Part shown: in pieces, positions 45,930 through 54,085 of the stretch
How positions within the stretch are numbered: position 1 is the stretch's first letter
Layout of the letters: each line of letters begins with the position of its first letter
Origin: Pseudomonadota bacterium
GTDB lineage: Bacteria; Pseudomonadota; Gammaproteobacteria; Pseudomonadales; Pseudohongiellaceae
Direction: 5' to 3'
Length of the DNA: 64,000 bases
NCBI GenBank assembly: GCA_040384465.1
Contig: JAZKJF010000009.1
Coordinates: 2,129-66,128, forward strand
The notes under the pieces: generated by a model
The model's database searches: none
Told to the model about the DNA's origin: nothing
The model's input: the letters and a program-made list of their open reading frames with translations, nothing else
Translations under genes and position numbers: made by a program

Positions 45930-46707
45930 TTCATAGCCAAAGCTTTTCAAATACGTGTTCGCGATGAAACACCAAGAAGTCAGAATGTGGCAGAAATTTC
46001 TCAGGTTTAGCAATCTGCTTCCCTTCATAATTTTTAACCGCACTCATGTAAAAGAAGTCACTATCACTGAATCCCTTGCCGGAAACTCGCACGGTGAAGT
46101 CGTCACGGATTGTAATAAGACCAAGATCAAAGGCTTTATCATGGAGAGCAGAAAGAGCAAGCCCATTCGCAGGATTTTTCCTATTAGCAGAATCTTAAAC
46201 CCAAGGGACTATGTGGCTTGCAACCAGAAGTTTTTGCACAGAAAGCCCGCTTATGCAGCACTTGAAGTCGTATGCAGTTAGCACAGCATTTCTAAAAAAG
46301 TCTTGCCCCCTTCTTGCCGTGCACTGCACTATCCTGTTCTCTCCTGTGTAGTCCATTTCGTCCAATGCCAGCGGCATCGCGTACAAAGAGCTGTCTTTAA
46401 GAACATCTTCAACTGCTTCGCCAGAACTTTGCTCGAAGGCATTCCAGTCGGATTGCATTCCCTTCCACATACTTTTGTCAGGGTTTGATGCCCCAGCAAG
46501 CCCTTTGCGCCCCGTTGACGTTATCTGAGGGTCAAGACTAGCAATGTTTGTAAGCTTCATTGCCAGTGCCGAAGGAGTTCTACCTAGTAATTCCGCAAAC
46601 TTGATTATCTGAGGATTTCGCGAGTGCATCTTTCCGAATGGAATTTGGCAATAAAGCCAAAATGCCACCAGCAGCTGCTGACGGGTCCAGGCATTTGAGG
46701 CAGACAT
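45930..46707 (-). pseudogene. COG3183-type HNH restriction endonuclease gene interrupted by an in-frame TAA
   Basis: The 170-aa ORF ends ...CCISGLSVQKLLVASHIVPWV-TAA (46195-46197). The same frame continues DSANRKNPANGLALSALHDKAFDLGLITIRDDF... to the TGA at 45930-45932. The HNH core is therefore split by a single nonsense codon. Confidence 0.75.
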
Positions 46708-46807
46708 TAGCTACTCCTTAGGTACCTTTCTGCGTTGTAGCACACAAAGCAAGATAGAGTTCGATGACCGAATTTTTACAGTATGCTTTTAGATACTCGA
46801 CTTTGCC

Positions 46808-47581
46808 TCAACCCAACTTCTGAACCGCCCTGCACTTTGGATAACCCGTACATCCCCAGAATTTTTCACCCATATTAGGTCCAGACTTTGTCACTCGAAT
46901 TATCAGGGCGCTCCCACATCGAGGACAAAGCCGATGAGCAGATTCGTCCAATCTCTGCTGCAGTCTTTGCACATGATCTTGATGTGTTGCATAGGTCTGT
47001 GCCAATCGCTGTGTCTGTAGAACATCGATCATCTGCACGACCTGATCATCGCTGAATACGGGGGTGGTGAAGGATCTTATGAACCGGATACCACCACCAG
47101 CATGCCGCACATTGTCGGGCATGGCAGTTTTCAGCGTTGCTGAGCCAACGAATATCACCAGCGAATGAATTGTCTCAATTGGCAGGGTGAGCGCAGACTC
47201 AACGGCTTTCACATGCTTGAAGTTCTGCCGCAATGGATTCTGAAATTTTGCGGTAGCTCTATAGATTTTCTGCGTCCATTGCGGCTGATCTTCTGAACCA
47301 AATATCCAACCCTTCATATTTTTAGTTTCTACAATAAAAATACCAAAGCGTGATACGACGATATGATCTATCTGCGTAGTCCCATCTGGGGTCGGCAGCG
47401 TGATGTTGTGGAGTTGATGGTAAATTGATTTATCGAGAGACCATTTGAATCTCAAACGCACCATCAGCTCGCCAAGCCAACCTTTGACGAACGGCACTTT
47501 GAATGCGCTGATAAGAATTGCGAGAGGGAAAAGCCACCAAAGCGAGAGCAGTCTATTGAGCAGAATCTGCGGAACATCCAT
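46808..47581 (-). CDS. NERD (nuclease-related domain) protein with C-terminal topoisomerase-type C4 zinc ribbon
   Basis: 257 aa. N-terminal TM segment, then the NERD core (GELMV...DHIVVSRFGIFIVETKN). The C-terminus is CPRCGSALIIRV...FWGCTGYPKCR. AT-rich (20/60 GC in line 47281, counted by hand). Confidence 0.8.
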   Translation of the reverse strand: MDVPQILLNRLLSLWWLFPLAILISAFKVPFVKGWLGELMVRLRFKWSLDKSIYHQLHNITLPTPDGTTQIDHIVVSRFGIFIVETKNMKGWIFGSEDQPQWTQKIYRATAKFQNPLRQNFKHVKAVESALTLPIETIHSLVIFVGSATLKTAMPDNVRHAGGGIRFIRSFTTPVFSDDQVVQMIDVLQTQRLAQTYATHQDHVQRLQQRLDESAHRLCPRCGSALIIRVTKSGPNMGEKFWGCTGYPKCRAVQKLG

Positions 47582-47695
47582 TGTTTAACTTCCATTTGAT
47601 GAACTTGCGTTGGTATGGTGGCCAAGTGTAAAAAGACCCTGCTGCCGAATAGGTCCACTAAGCCAGAATAACTCACCCTTTACAAGGAGCCCCCC

Positions 47696-48127
47696 ATGCC
47701 CATCTGGACCCGCCCCCTCACCCTAGAACTCATCACCGCCACCACCCGCGACACCGCCGTGCACAACCTCGGCATCGAGTTCACGGAGATCGGTGACGAC
47801 TATCTGTGCGGCCGCATGCCGGTGGATGCGCGCACGGTGCAGCCGCGTGGCATTTTGCATGGCGGGGCGTCGGTGTTGCTGGCCGAGACGCTGGGCAGCA
47901 TCGCGGCCAACTACTGTCTGCGCGGAGAGCATCAGGCGGCGGTAGGGCTGGAGATCAATGCGAACCATGTGCGCTCTGTGGCGTCGGGCTGGGTGACGGG
48001 CACCGCGCGGCCGATGCATATCGGCGGCAGTACGCAGGTGTGGGAGATTCGTATCGAGAATGACGAGGGCAAGCTGACGTGCATCTCGCGGATCACGATG
48101 GCGGTGATCACGTTACCGTCTGTCTAG
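47696..48127 (+). CDS. PaaI/YdiI-type hotdog-fold thioesterase
   Basis: MPVDARTVQPRGILHGGASVLLAETLGS and GGSTQVWEIRIENDEGKL parallel E. coli YdiI/EntH. Confidence 0.85.
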   Translation: MPIWTRPLTLELITATTRDTAVHNLGIEFTEIGDDYLCGRMPVDARTVQPRGILHGGASVLLAETLGSIAANYCLRGEHQAAVGLEINANHVRSVASGWVTGTARPMHIGGSTQVWEIRIENDEGKLTCISRITMAVITLPSV

Positions 48128-48267
48128 CCGACGTCTCGTGAACCGCTCGCCGGGATATACTCTCGGTCAATTCGCATTGTCGAAATGCCTCAATCTCATC
48201 CGACTACCCCGCAACGGACCGCTTTTCGGGCGGCCGTCACCACTACTACAACCGCAAGGAGAGCCAC

Positions 48268-48702
48268 ATGGCCCGAGTCAGCACTTACCTGAATTTCCCC
48301 CGCAATACCGAACAGGCTTTTCTGTTCTACAAGTCCGTGTTCGGCACCGAATTCTTCGGCAACACCATGCGTCACAGCGACATCCAGACACCACCGGGAA
48401 CGCCTCCTCTGCCCGAACAAGATCGCAATCTGATTATCCACATCGAGCTGCCGATTCTGGGCGGGCATGTGCTGATGGGCACAGACGCGCCGGAGTCGAT
48501 GGGCTTTACGGTGACGATGGGCAACAACCAGTTCATCAATCTGGAGCCGGACACGCGAGCGGAGACGGACAAGCTGTTCGCGGCGCTGGCGGAAGGCGGC
48601 ACGGTGGGGATGGCGTTGCAGGAGATGTTCTGGGGCGGGTACTTCGGCAGCCTGACCGACAAGTTCGGCGTGCAGTGGATGTTCAACTGCGCGAATGCGT
48701 GA
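48268..48702 (+). CDS. VOC (glyoxalase/PhnB-like) family protein
   Basis: 144 aa. YLNFPRNTEQAFLFYKSVFG ... MFWGGYFGSLTDKFGVQWMFN is typical of the PhnB/YjdN-like VOC family. Confidence 0.8.
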   Translation: MARVSTYLNFPRNTEQAFLFYKSVFGTEFFGNTMRHSDIQTPPGTPPLPEQDRNLIIHIELPILGGHVLMGTDAPESMGFTVTMGNNQFINLEPDTRAETDKLFAALAEGGTVGMALQEMFWGGYFGSLTDKFGVQWMFNCANA

Positions 48703-48709
48703 TTCTTGG

Positions 48710-48774
48710 TCGCCTGCAGGGCAGGCTCCTACAGTCAGTGGCGTCATCTTGTAGGAGCCTGCCCTGCAGGCGAA
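48710..48774. repeat. REP-like element, family 2 (inverted pair)
   Basis: tcgcctgcagggcaggctcctacag (48710-48734) and tgtaggagcctgccctgcaggcga (48750-48773). Located between convergent VOC genes. Confidence 0.8.
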
Positions 48775-48777
48775 CAA

Positions 48778-49296
48778 TCACCCCAGATAGCCGTGCTGCG
48801 CCAATTGCAGGCGGATGCCGTCCGGGTCATTGAAGTACAACTGGTCTCCGCCACTGGTGCGGTTAGCGGGGTCGCGGCTGATAGACGCCGTGATGCCGTG
48901 TTCCAGCAAGCGCGCCGCCATGGCGTCTGGGTCGTAGTTGTCCACGCCAATGCACAGGTGGTGCATGGTGCCGGGGTTCGCCAGCTGATAGAGACCGAGA
49001 AAACTCTCACCACCCAGCCCCATGTTGAGTCCGCCATTGGCCGGACGACTGATGATCTCCATCCCCAGCACCCGGTTGTAGAACTCAGCGGAGCGGTTGA
49101 CGTCGGCGACAGAGAGCGACACGTGGTTCATCGATATGCCGACAGCCGAAGGTTGCACCACCGGCACCTGCTGCGCGCGGATGATGGGCGAAGCAGCCAT
49201 TGCTCCTGCCAACCCCAGCAGCGAGGCCACCAGTTCGCGACGGCTCATGTGTTTGCGTTCGAATTTGTCGACCAGACTTTCGATTTCGTTCTTCAT
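48778..49296 (-). CDS. VOC family protein with possible Tat signal
   Basis: VOC core (MNHVSLSVADVNRSAEFY...). The internal start at 49248 gives MSRRELVASLLGLAGAMAASP, a Tat-like signal. Confidence 0.75.
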   Translation of the reverse strand: MKNEIESLVDKFERKHMSRRELVASLLGLAGAMAASPIIRAQQVPVVQPSAVGISMNHVSLSVADVNRSAEFYNRVLGMEIISRPANGGLNMGLGGESFLGLYQLANPGTMHHLCIGVDNYDPDAMAARLLEHGITASISRDPANRTSGGDQLYFNDPDGIRLQLAQHGYLG

Positions 49297-49326
49297 GACG
49301 AGTTCTCCGTATCGCTAAATGCGACA

Positions 49327-49424
49327 TGTAGGAGCCTGCCCTGCAGGCGATAAGAATCGAGGCACTGTAACTGATTCTTGAATCGCCTGCAGGGCATTTA
49401 TACCCTTTGGGTAGGCTCCTACAG
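49327..49424. repeat. REP-like element, family 2 (inverted pair, second arm interrupted)
   Basis: The first arm is tgtaggagcctgccctgcaggcga (49327-49350). The second arm tcgcctgcagggc / gtaggctcctacag is split by a 15-nt insert (49383-49424). Confidence 0.7.
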
Positions 49425-49443
49425 GAGTGGTAGATCGGTATTA

Positions 49444-51444
49444 TCAGTAGATGAAGCCTTCGCCGTAGCTCAGATCAATCGCAGTCGGGCTCTGCTCACC
49501 AGCTTTTGTGCCGTCGAGATAGAAACCCAGACCTGTGGGCAACGCATCGGCTGTTTCGCCATTGGTGTTGTAGTCGCCGTACGCGTAGTAGCTGGTAATC
49601 TGCAGACCGCCTTTGATGACGACGCCCAACAGATCTGTGTCAGCATCGATGAACTGGTTCTGTGTGACCAGTGCGGCCAGCAGGTCTTCGATGATCAGGT
49701 CCAGATCACGCACTTCCGGATCGAAATCCATTTTGACAGTGTAGTAGCCGTCGCCGCCGTTCGGCTTCACGTCGCCTGCTGTCTCTTCAAACACCAGCGT
49801 GAAGTGGGAGATGTCCTGAGCCCATGCCTTGAAATCATTGCCGACAGGAGTGACAACCGGTGGCTGCACTGGCGGTTGAACGGGCGGTTGCACTGGTGGC
49901 AACACTGGGGGCAGAACCGGTGAACCCTGGCCGTTGACCGTGAAGCTCACAATCGCGGAAGAGGAAGCACCGTGGTTATCCGTCATGCTGTATTCGAAGG
50001 ACAGATTTACAGATTCGCCATCGTTCAAACCGTTGTAGGCAGTGCCTGCATCGTAAGACCATGAGCCGTCAGCATTGAACACCAGGGATCCTTTGGCGGC
50101 ATTGCCATTCGCATCCACGAAGGAGTTTGCAGTCAGTGCCCAGACGTGCGTGTCCAGGTGATCCACATCCGAGTCATTGCCAGTCACGCTGGCAGAAATC
50201 ACACCACCTTCGTTGATTGCGGCGTGCACGTCATTCAGTGCGACCGGGCCATCGTTTTGTCCGTTCACAGCGAAGCTCACTGTCGCAGTAGAAGTCGCAC
50301 CGTTGTTGTCTGTCATGCTGTAGTCGAAAGACAGCGTGGCGGTCTCGCCTTCGCTCAGGTATTCAAACGCAGAACCTGCGTCGTATGACCATGTGCCGTC
50401 AGTGTTGAACACCAGAGAGCCTGGCGCTGCACTGCCATTGGCGTCCACGAAAGAGCCTGCGTTCAGTGCCCAGCTGTGGGTGTCCAGACGATCCACATCG
50501 GAATCGTTGGCAGTCACAGAAGCACCGACAATCACGTCGCCTTCGCTGATAGCGGCTTGCACGTCATCCAGTGCCACCGGGCCATCGTTGGCGCCATTGA
50601 TCACGACAGTGAAAGTAGAAGTATCTGTGCTGTAGTCACCGGCTTCGGCGCCTGCGCTCTTGACGTCAATGCTGTAGGTGCGGGTGATGGACTCACCAGC
50701 AGAAAGTTGATCGGCGTCTGTGCCATTGACGGCAACAGTCCACTGACCATTGCTGCCGAGCGTGACGGAACCCACTACCAGGGCGTCGGCATCATTGGTC
50801 ACCAGCGCTACCGCTGAACCCACTGCACCGCCGCTCCAGGAAGTCACGCTGTTAGTGTTGCCCGAGGCACCTGTGTCATTGCCGAAAAGGCTGCCGGAGG
50901 CGCTGTTGTTCTCGACCACAACGCCGCTGGCGTCATCAATCGCGTTGATCGCAGAAGAAGTGGTTTCGATGACTTTGGAAGAACCACTGCGGCTGCCACC
51001 TAACGCGCCCACAGAAGTCAGACGCACACCGAATTCAACATTGGCGAAGTCTTCCAGGGTCAGGGCACGAGTGCTGCTGGTGAGGTTGAATTCGTAGCTG
51101 CGGATGTCGTCTTTGCCCACACCGGCGGTGCCAATCTTGATACCGGCATCAAAGCCTTTGCCGCTGCCAGTCAAGCCGTTCATGTTGGTGCCTTCGCCCA
51201 GATCCTTGACGGCATCCAGGCCTTGACGGAAACCGGTGTTAGCCGTGGTGGTGGTGAGGCTGCCGACCAGGCTCTTGTCCTTGAGATCGAAGAACAGACC
51301 GCGCAGGTCACCGATAATCGCGCCTTCCTGGCTGACACTGAAACTCAGACTGCCGTTGGCAGACTCAGTGATCGTGACACGTACCTGTGGGTTAGTGCTG
51401 TCAGTTGCTGCGTCGTTAATCAGAAAACTCATTGAGCGGGCCAT
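49444..51444 (-). CDS. large VCBS/cadherin-like repeat protein (putative secreted adhesin)
   Basis: 666 aa. Two tandem repeats of about 111 aa (NDGPVAL[D/N]DV...TANDSDVD.LDTH.WAL...GSLVFN.DG.WSYDAG...). These are followed by a (L/V)PPV(Q) proline linker and a C-terminal domain of about 140 aa. Confidence 0.75.
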   Translation of the reverse strand: MARSMSFLINDAATDSTNPQVRVTITESANGSLSFSVSQEGAIIGDLRGLFFDLKDKSLVGSLTTTTANTGFRQGLDAVKDLGEGTNMNGLTGSGKGFDAGIKIGTAGVGKDDIRSYEFNLTSSTRALTLEDFANVEFGVRLTSVGALGGSRSGSSKVIETTSSAINAIDDASGVVVENNSASGSLFGNDTGASGNTNSVTSWSGGAVGSAVALVTNDADALVVGSVTLGSNGQWTVAVNGTDADQLSAGESITRTYSIDVKSAGAEAGDYSTDTSTFTVVINGANDGPVALDDVQAAISEGDVIVGASVTANDSDVDRLDTHSWALNAGSFVDANGSAAPGSLVFNTDGTWSYDAGSAFEYLSEGETATLSFDYSMTDNNGATSTATVSFAVNGQNDGPVALNDVHAAINEGGVISASVTGNDSDVDHLDTHVWALTANSFVDANGNAAKGSLVFNADGSWSYDAGTAYNGLNDGESVNLSFEYSMTDNHGASSSAIVSFTVNGQGSPVLPPVLPPVQPPVQPPVQPPVVTPVGNDFKAWAQDISHFTLVFEETAGDVKPNGGDGYYTVKMDFDPEVRDLDLIIEDLLAALVTQNQFIDADTDLLGVVIKGGLQITSYYAYGDYNTNGETADALPTGLGFYLDGTKAGEQSPTAIDLSYGEGFIY

Positions 51445-51630
51445 GCTTTTCTCCAGGTTTTTTACAATTCAAGTTGCCGTTTGGCTTTGTCACAATGCTG
51501 CGCAGTTTAGGGATCGCGAGATTCTTCAACAAAGGAGCTTTCTACTTATTTTCTAGTGGCTTATCCTGTGCAAAAGGAGTCCAATATAGGAGAAAGCTCC
51601 TAGGAGCCTCGGTACACAGGTTTACCTCGA

Positions 51631-52305
51631 ATGACAGTCATAAAATCCAAACCGATCAGCGTTTTGCTGGTCAGCGAATCCCCCCTCGTTATTTTCGGAC
51701 TACAGCGTTTACTCGAACCCAGACACCCTGCCATCGCCGTGGCGGGCACGGTGACTTCGCGGAATGTTGCCCTGATGGCAACACAGGACCCACAGTTGAA
51801 TGTTGCGCTCATCGACATCGATGGCAGCATAGGCGTGGAATTGGTGAATGAGGTGGTCTCCGCGCATACCTGTCGCGTGCTGGTGATGACGGCGACTACC
51901 GACCCGGCAGTGATTGACGCTGCAGTGGCCTTCGGAGCCAGCGGCATTGTCAGGAACACCGATCCGGTCGACGTTTACGTAAAAGCGCTGGAGCGAGTGG
52001 CAGAGGGAGAGTTGTGGCTGGACCGCGCCACGACCGGCAGAATCTTTCTGCAGATGTCACGCAGCAAGAATGGCAAAGGGCAGGAACAGAACCCGGAGCA
52101 AACCCGGTTGGAAAAACTGACACGTAAAGAACGCATGACCGTGGCGGAGATCGGACGCGATGCCGGCGCCTCCAGCCAGGAGATCGCCGAACGGCTGCAC
52201 ATCAGCGAGAGCACTCTCCGCAACCATCTCACCTCCATCTACGCCAAGTTGGAGCTAAGCAACCGCGTCGAACTCTACGCCTTTGCCCAGCGCAACCTGA
52301 CCTGA
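51631..52305 (+). CDS. LuxR/NarL-family response regulator
   Basis: Receiver-like N-terminus (VLLVSESPLV...VALIDIDG). C-terminal LuxR HTH (LTRKERMTVAEIGRDAGASSQEIAERLHISESTLRNHLTSIYAKL). Confidence 0.85.
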   Translation: MTVIKSKPISVLLVSESPLVIFGLQRLLEPRHPAIAVAGTVTSRNVALMATQDPQLNVALIDIDGSIGVELVNEVVSAHTCRVLVMTATTDPAVIDAAVAFGASGIVRNTDPVDVYVKALERVAEGELWLDRATTGRIFLQMSRSKNGKGQEQNPEQTRLEKLTRKERMTVAEIGRDAGASSQEIAERLHISESTLRNHLTSIYAKLELSNRVELYAFAQRNLT

Positions 52306-52325
52306 AAGCCTGCACCCGCTCTGTC

Positions 52326-52405
52326 TGTATGAGCCTGCCCTGCAGGCGACTCACGAAGCGGGCACAGTGTTAGGTTCTGATCGCCTGCAGGGCAGGCTCC
52401 TACAG
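52326..52405. repeat. REP-like element, family 2 (inverted pair with conserved 31-nt spacer)
   Basis: tgtatgagcctgccctgcaggcga (52326-52349) and tcgcctgcagggcaggctcctacag (52381-52405). The spacer ctcacgaagcgggcacagtgttaggttctga is nearly identical to the one at 54012-54042. Confidence 0.8.
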
Positions 52406-52491
52406 GCAATGGCGCTAATTCATTCAGAAAGTGGCGCAGTTTATAAAACTGCGCCATAATTGCGCCACTCCATGCAATAAACGGCGCCACC

Positions 52492-53967
52492 ATGAACCAA
52501 CTCGATTCCGCCACCGACCTGCTGCCCACCATACAGGCAACGCCCAACGGCTTGACGCTGGCCGCACTGCTCGCCAGCCACCCGTACCTGCCCCGACGCA
52601 CCGCTCAGCGCTGGATCAGCGGATTGATCGCAGGACACCAGATCAGCGCCAGCGGCGAAGGGCGTGCGCGTCGCTACTTCGTCGTACGAGGTTCACCGCC
52701 GCCACAGGCGTATACCTATGCCATCGCCGAACCTCGTATGGATCCACCGTACAGCCTGAATGTGTTCCCGTCTTTCATCCCCTTGTCTGCCGACAGTCGG
52801 GAAATTCTGGCCTATGTCGACCAGCCCGTGCAGGCACGCCATCCGGTGGGGTATCAGCGCGATTTTCTCGATGCGTACCAGCCCAACACCAGCTGGTACC
52901 TCTCCGCTACACTGCGTCGTCAGCTGCACCGCATCGGGACCACCGCGAAGGTCGATGCTCCTGCTGGCACCTTCAGCCGCGCCATTCTCAATCGTTTGCT
53001 GATCGACCTGTCATGGGCATCGAGCCAGTTGGAGGGCAACACCTATTCGCGGCTGGACACGCGCGAACTGATCGAGCATGGCCGGGCGGCACGAGGCAAG
53101 GCGGCGGTGGAAACGCAGATGATTCTGAACCACAAGAACGCCATTGAATTACTGGCTGAGAACTGCGGCGCGCCTGGCTCGGGGCCGACAATGACATTGG
53201 ACCGCTTCACAATCATGAACCTGCACGGCACGCTGGCAGAAAACCTGCTACCCAACCCCGAGGACGAGGGCTGCGTGCGCCAGCATATCGTCGACATTGG
53301 CCAGAGCGTCTACCGCCCGCTGTCCGTGCCCGCGCAGATCGACGAAACGCTGACTGTCCTGCTGCAAAAAGCCAGTCAGATTCGCGATCCGTTCGAGCAA
53401 TCCTTTTTCCTGATGGTGCACCTGCCTTATCTGCAGCCCTTCGCGGACATCAACAAACGTACCTCGCGGCTAGCTGCCAATCTGCCGTTGTTCCGCGCCA
53501 ATCTGTGTCCGCTGACTTTCCTAGGCGTTCCAGAACAGGCGTACAGCCGTGCGATTCTCGGCGTGTATGAAATGACTCGCGTGGAGTTGCTGCGCGATCT
53601 GTATGTGTGGGCGTACGAGCGTTCCACGCAGGAATACCTGACCATCAAACAGGAGCTGGCAGAGCCGGACCCATTGCGGCTGACCTGGCGAGACTTGATC
53701 AAGCACACGATTCGGGACGTGGTGAAGCAGCCGCAACTGGATGCGTTGACGTTGATTCAGCAAGCGGTTGAAACCCGTGTGCCTGATAGCAATCAGACAG
53801 ATGGCGAACTGAAAAAGGAAGTCCAGGCGCTGATCGTGGAAGAGCTGCGGCGCATCCACGACGGTGTGCTGGCGCGCTATGGCCTGCGCCCCTCAGAACT
53901 CAGCACCTGGAAGGAAGCGCAAAGCGCCAGGATGAGTCGGTTGCATTCCGGCGCGAATGGACTGTAG
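52492..53967 (+). CDS. Fic/Doc family protein with N-terminal winged-helix and a non-canonical (Gln for His) motif
   Basis: 491 aa. The Fic_N-like segment is SWASSQLEGNTYS. The core is VHLPYLQPFADINKRTSRLAANL (Gln codon at 53434-53436), against Fic HPFxDGNGR and Doc HxFxDANKR. Confidence 0.8.
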   Translation: MNQLDSATDLLPTIQATPNGLTLAALLASHPYLPRRTAQRWISGLIAGHQISASGEGRARRYFVVRGSPPPQAYTYAIAEPRMDPPYSLNVFPSFIPLSADSREILAYVDQPVQARHPVGYQRDFLDAYQPNTSWYLSATLRRQLHRIGTTAKVDAPAGTFSRAILNRLLIDLSWASSQLEGNTYSRLDTRELIEHGRAARGKAAVETQMILNHKNAIELLAENCGAPGSGPTMTLDRFTIMNLHGTLAENLLPNPEDEGCVRQHIVDIGQSVYRPLSVPAQIDETLTVLLQKASQIRDPFEQSFFLMVHLPYLQPFADINKRTSRLAANLPLFRANLCPLTFLGVPEQAYSRAILGVYEMTRVELLRDLYVWAYERSTQEYLTIKQELAEPDPLRLTWRDLIKHTIRDVVKQPQLDALTLIQQAVETRVPDSNQTDGELKKEVQALIVEELRRIHDGVLARYGLRPSELSTWKEAQSARMSRLHSGANGL

Positions 53968-54067
53968 GAGCCTGCCCTCTCTCTGACTGTAGGAGCCTGC
54001 CCTGCAGGCGACTCTCAAAGCGGGCACAGTGTCAGGTTCTGATCGCCTGCAGGGCAGGCTCCTACAG
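53962..54067. repeat. REP-like element, family 2 (partial copy + inverted pair)
   Basis: Partial copy ctgtaggagcctgccct (53962-53978), full copy at 53987-54011 and inverted copy at 54043-54067. Confidence 0.8.
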
Positions 54068-54085
54068 TCAGTGGCAGAATGCGGT

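Noticed and set aside
45955-46281. 108-aa plus-strand ORF.
   Set aside because: It lies antisense to the 3' half of the HNH pseudogene, whose frame encodes the conserved NGLALSALHDKAFDLGLI segment.
48138-49353. ORFs of 193-231 aa (48138-48833 plus, 48196-48777 minus, 48706-49353 plus) spanning the REP elements.
   Set aside because: They run through REP palindromes and are antisense to or out of frame with the two VOC genes, which have clear family motifs.
50000-50660. Considered a diversity-generating retroelement (template/variable repeat pair) because of two similar ~330-nt repeats in the VCBS gene.
   Set aside because: Both copies are in-frame structural domains of one protein. No reverse transcriptase or accessory gene is in the window, and I saw no adenine-specific mismatch pattern.
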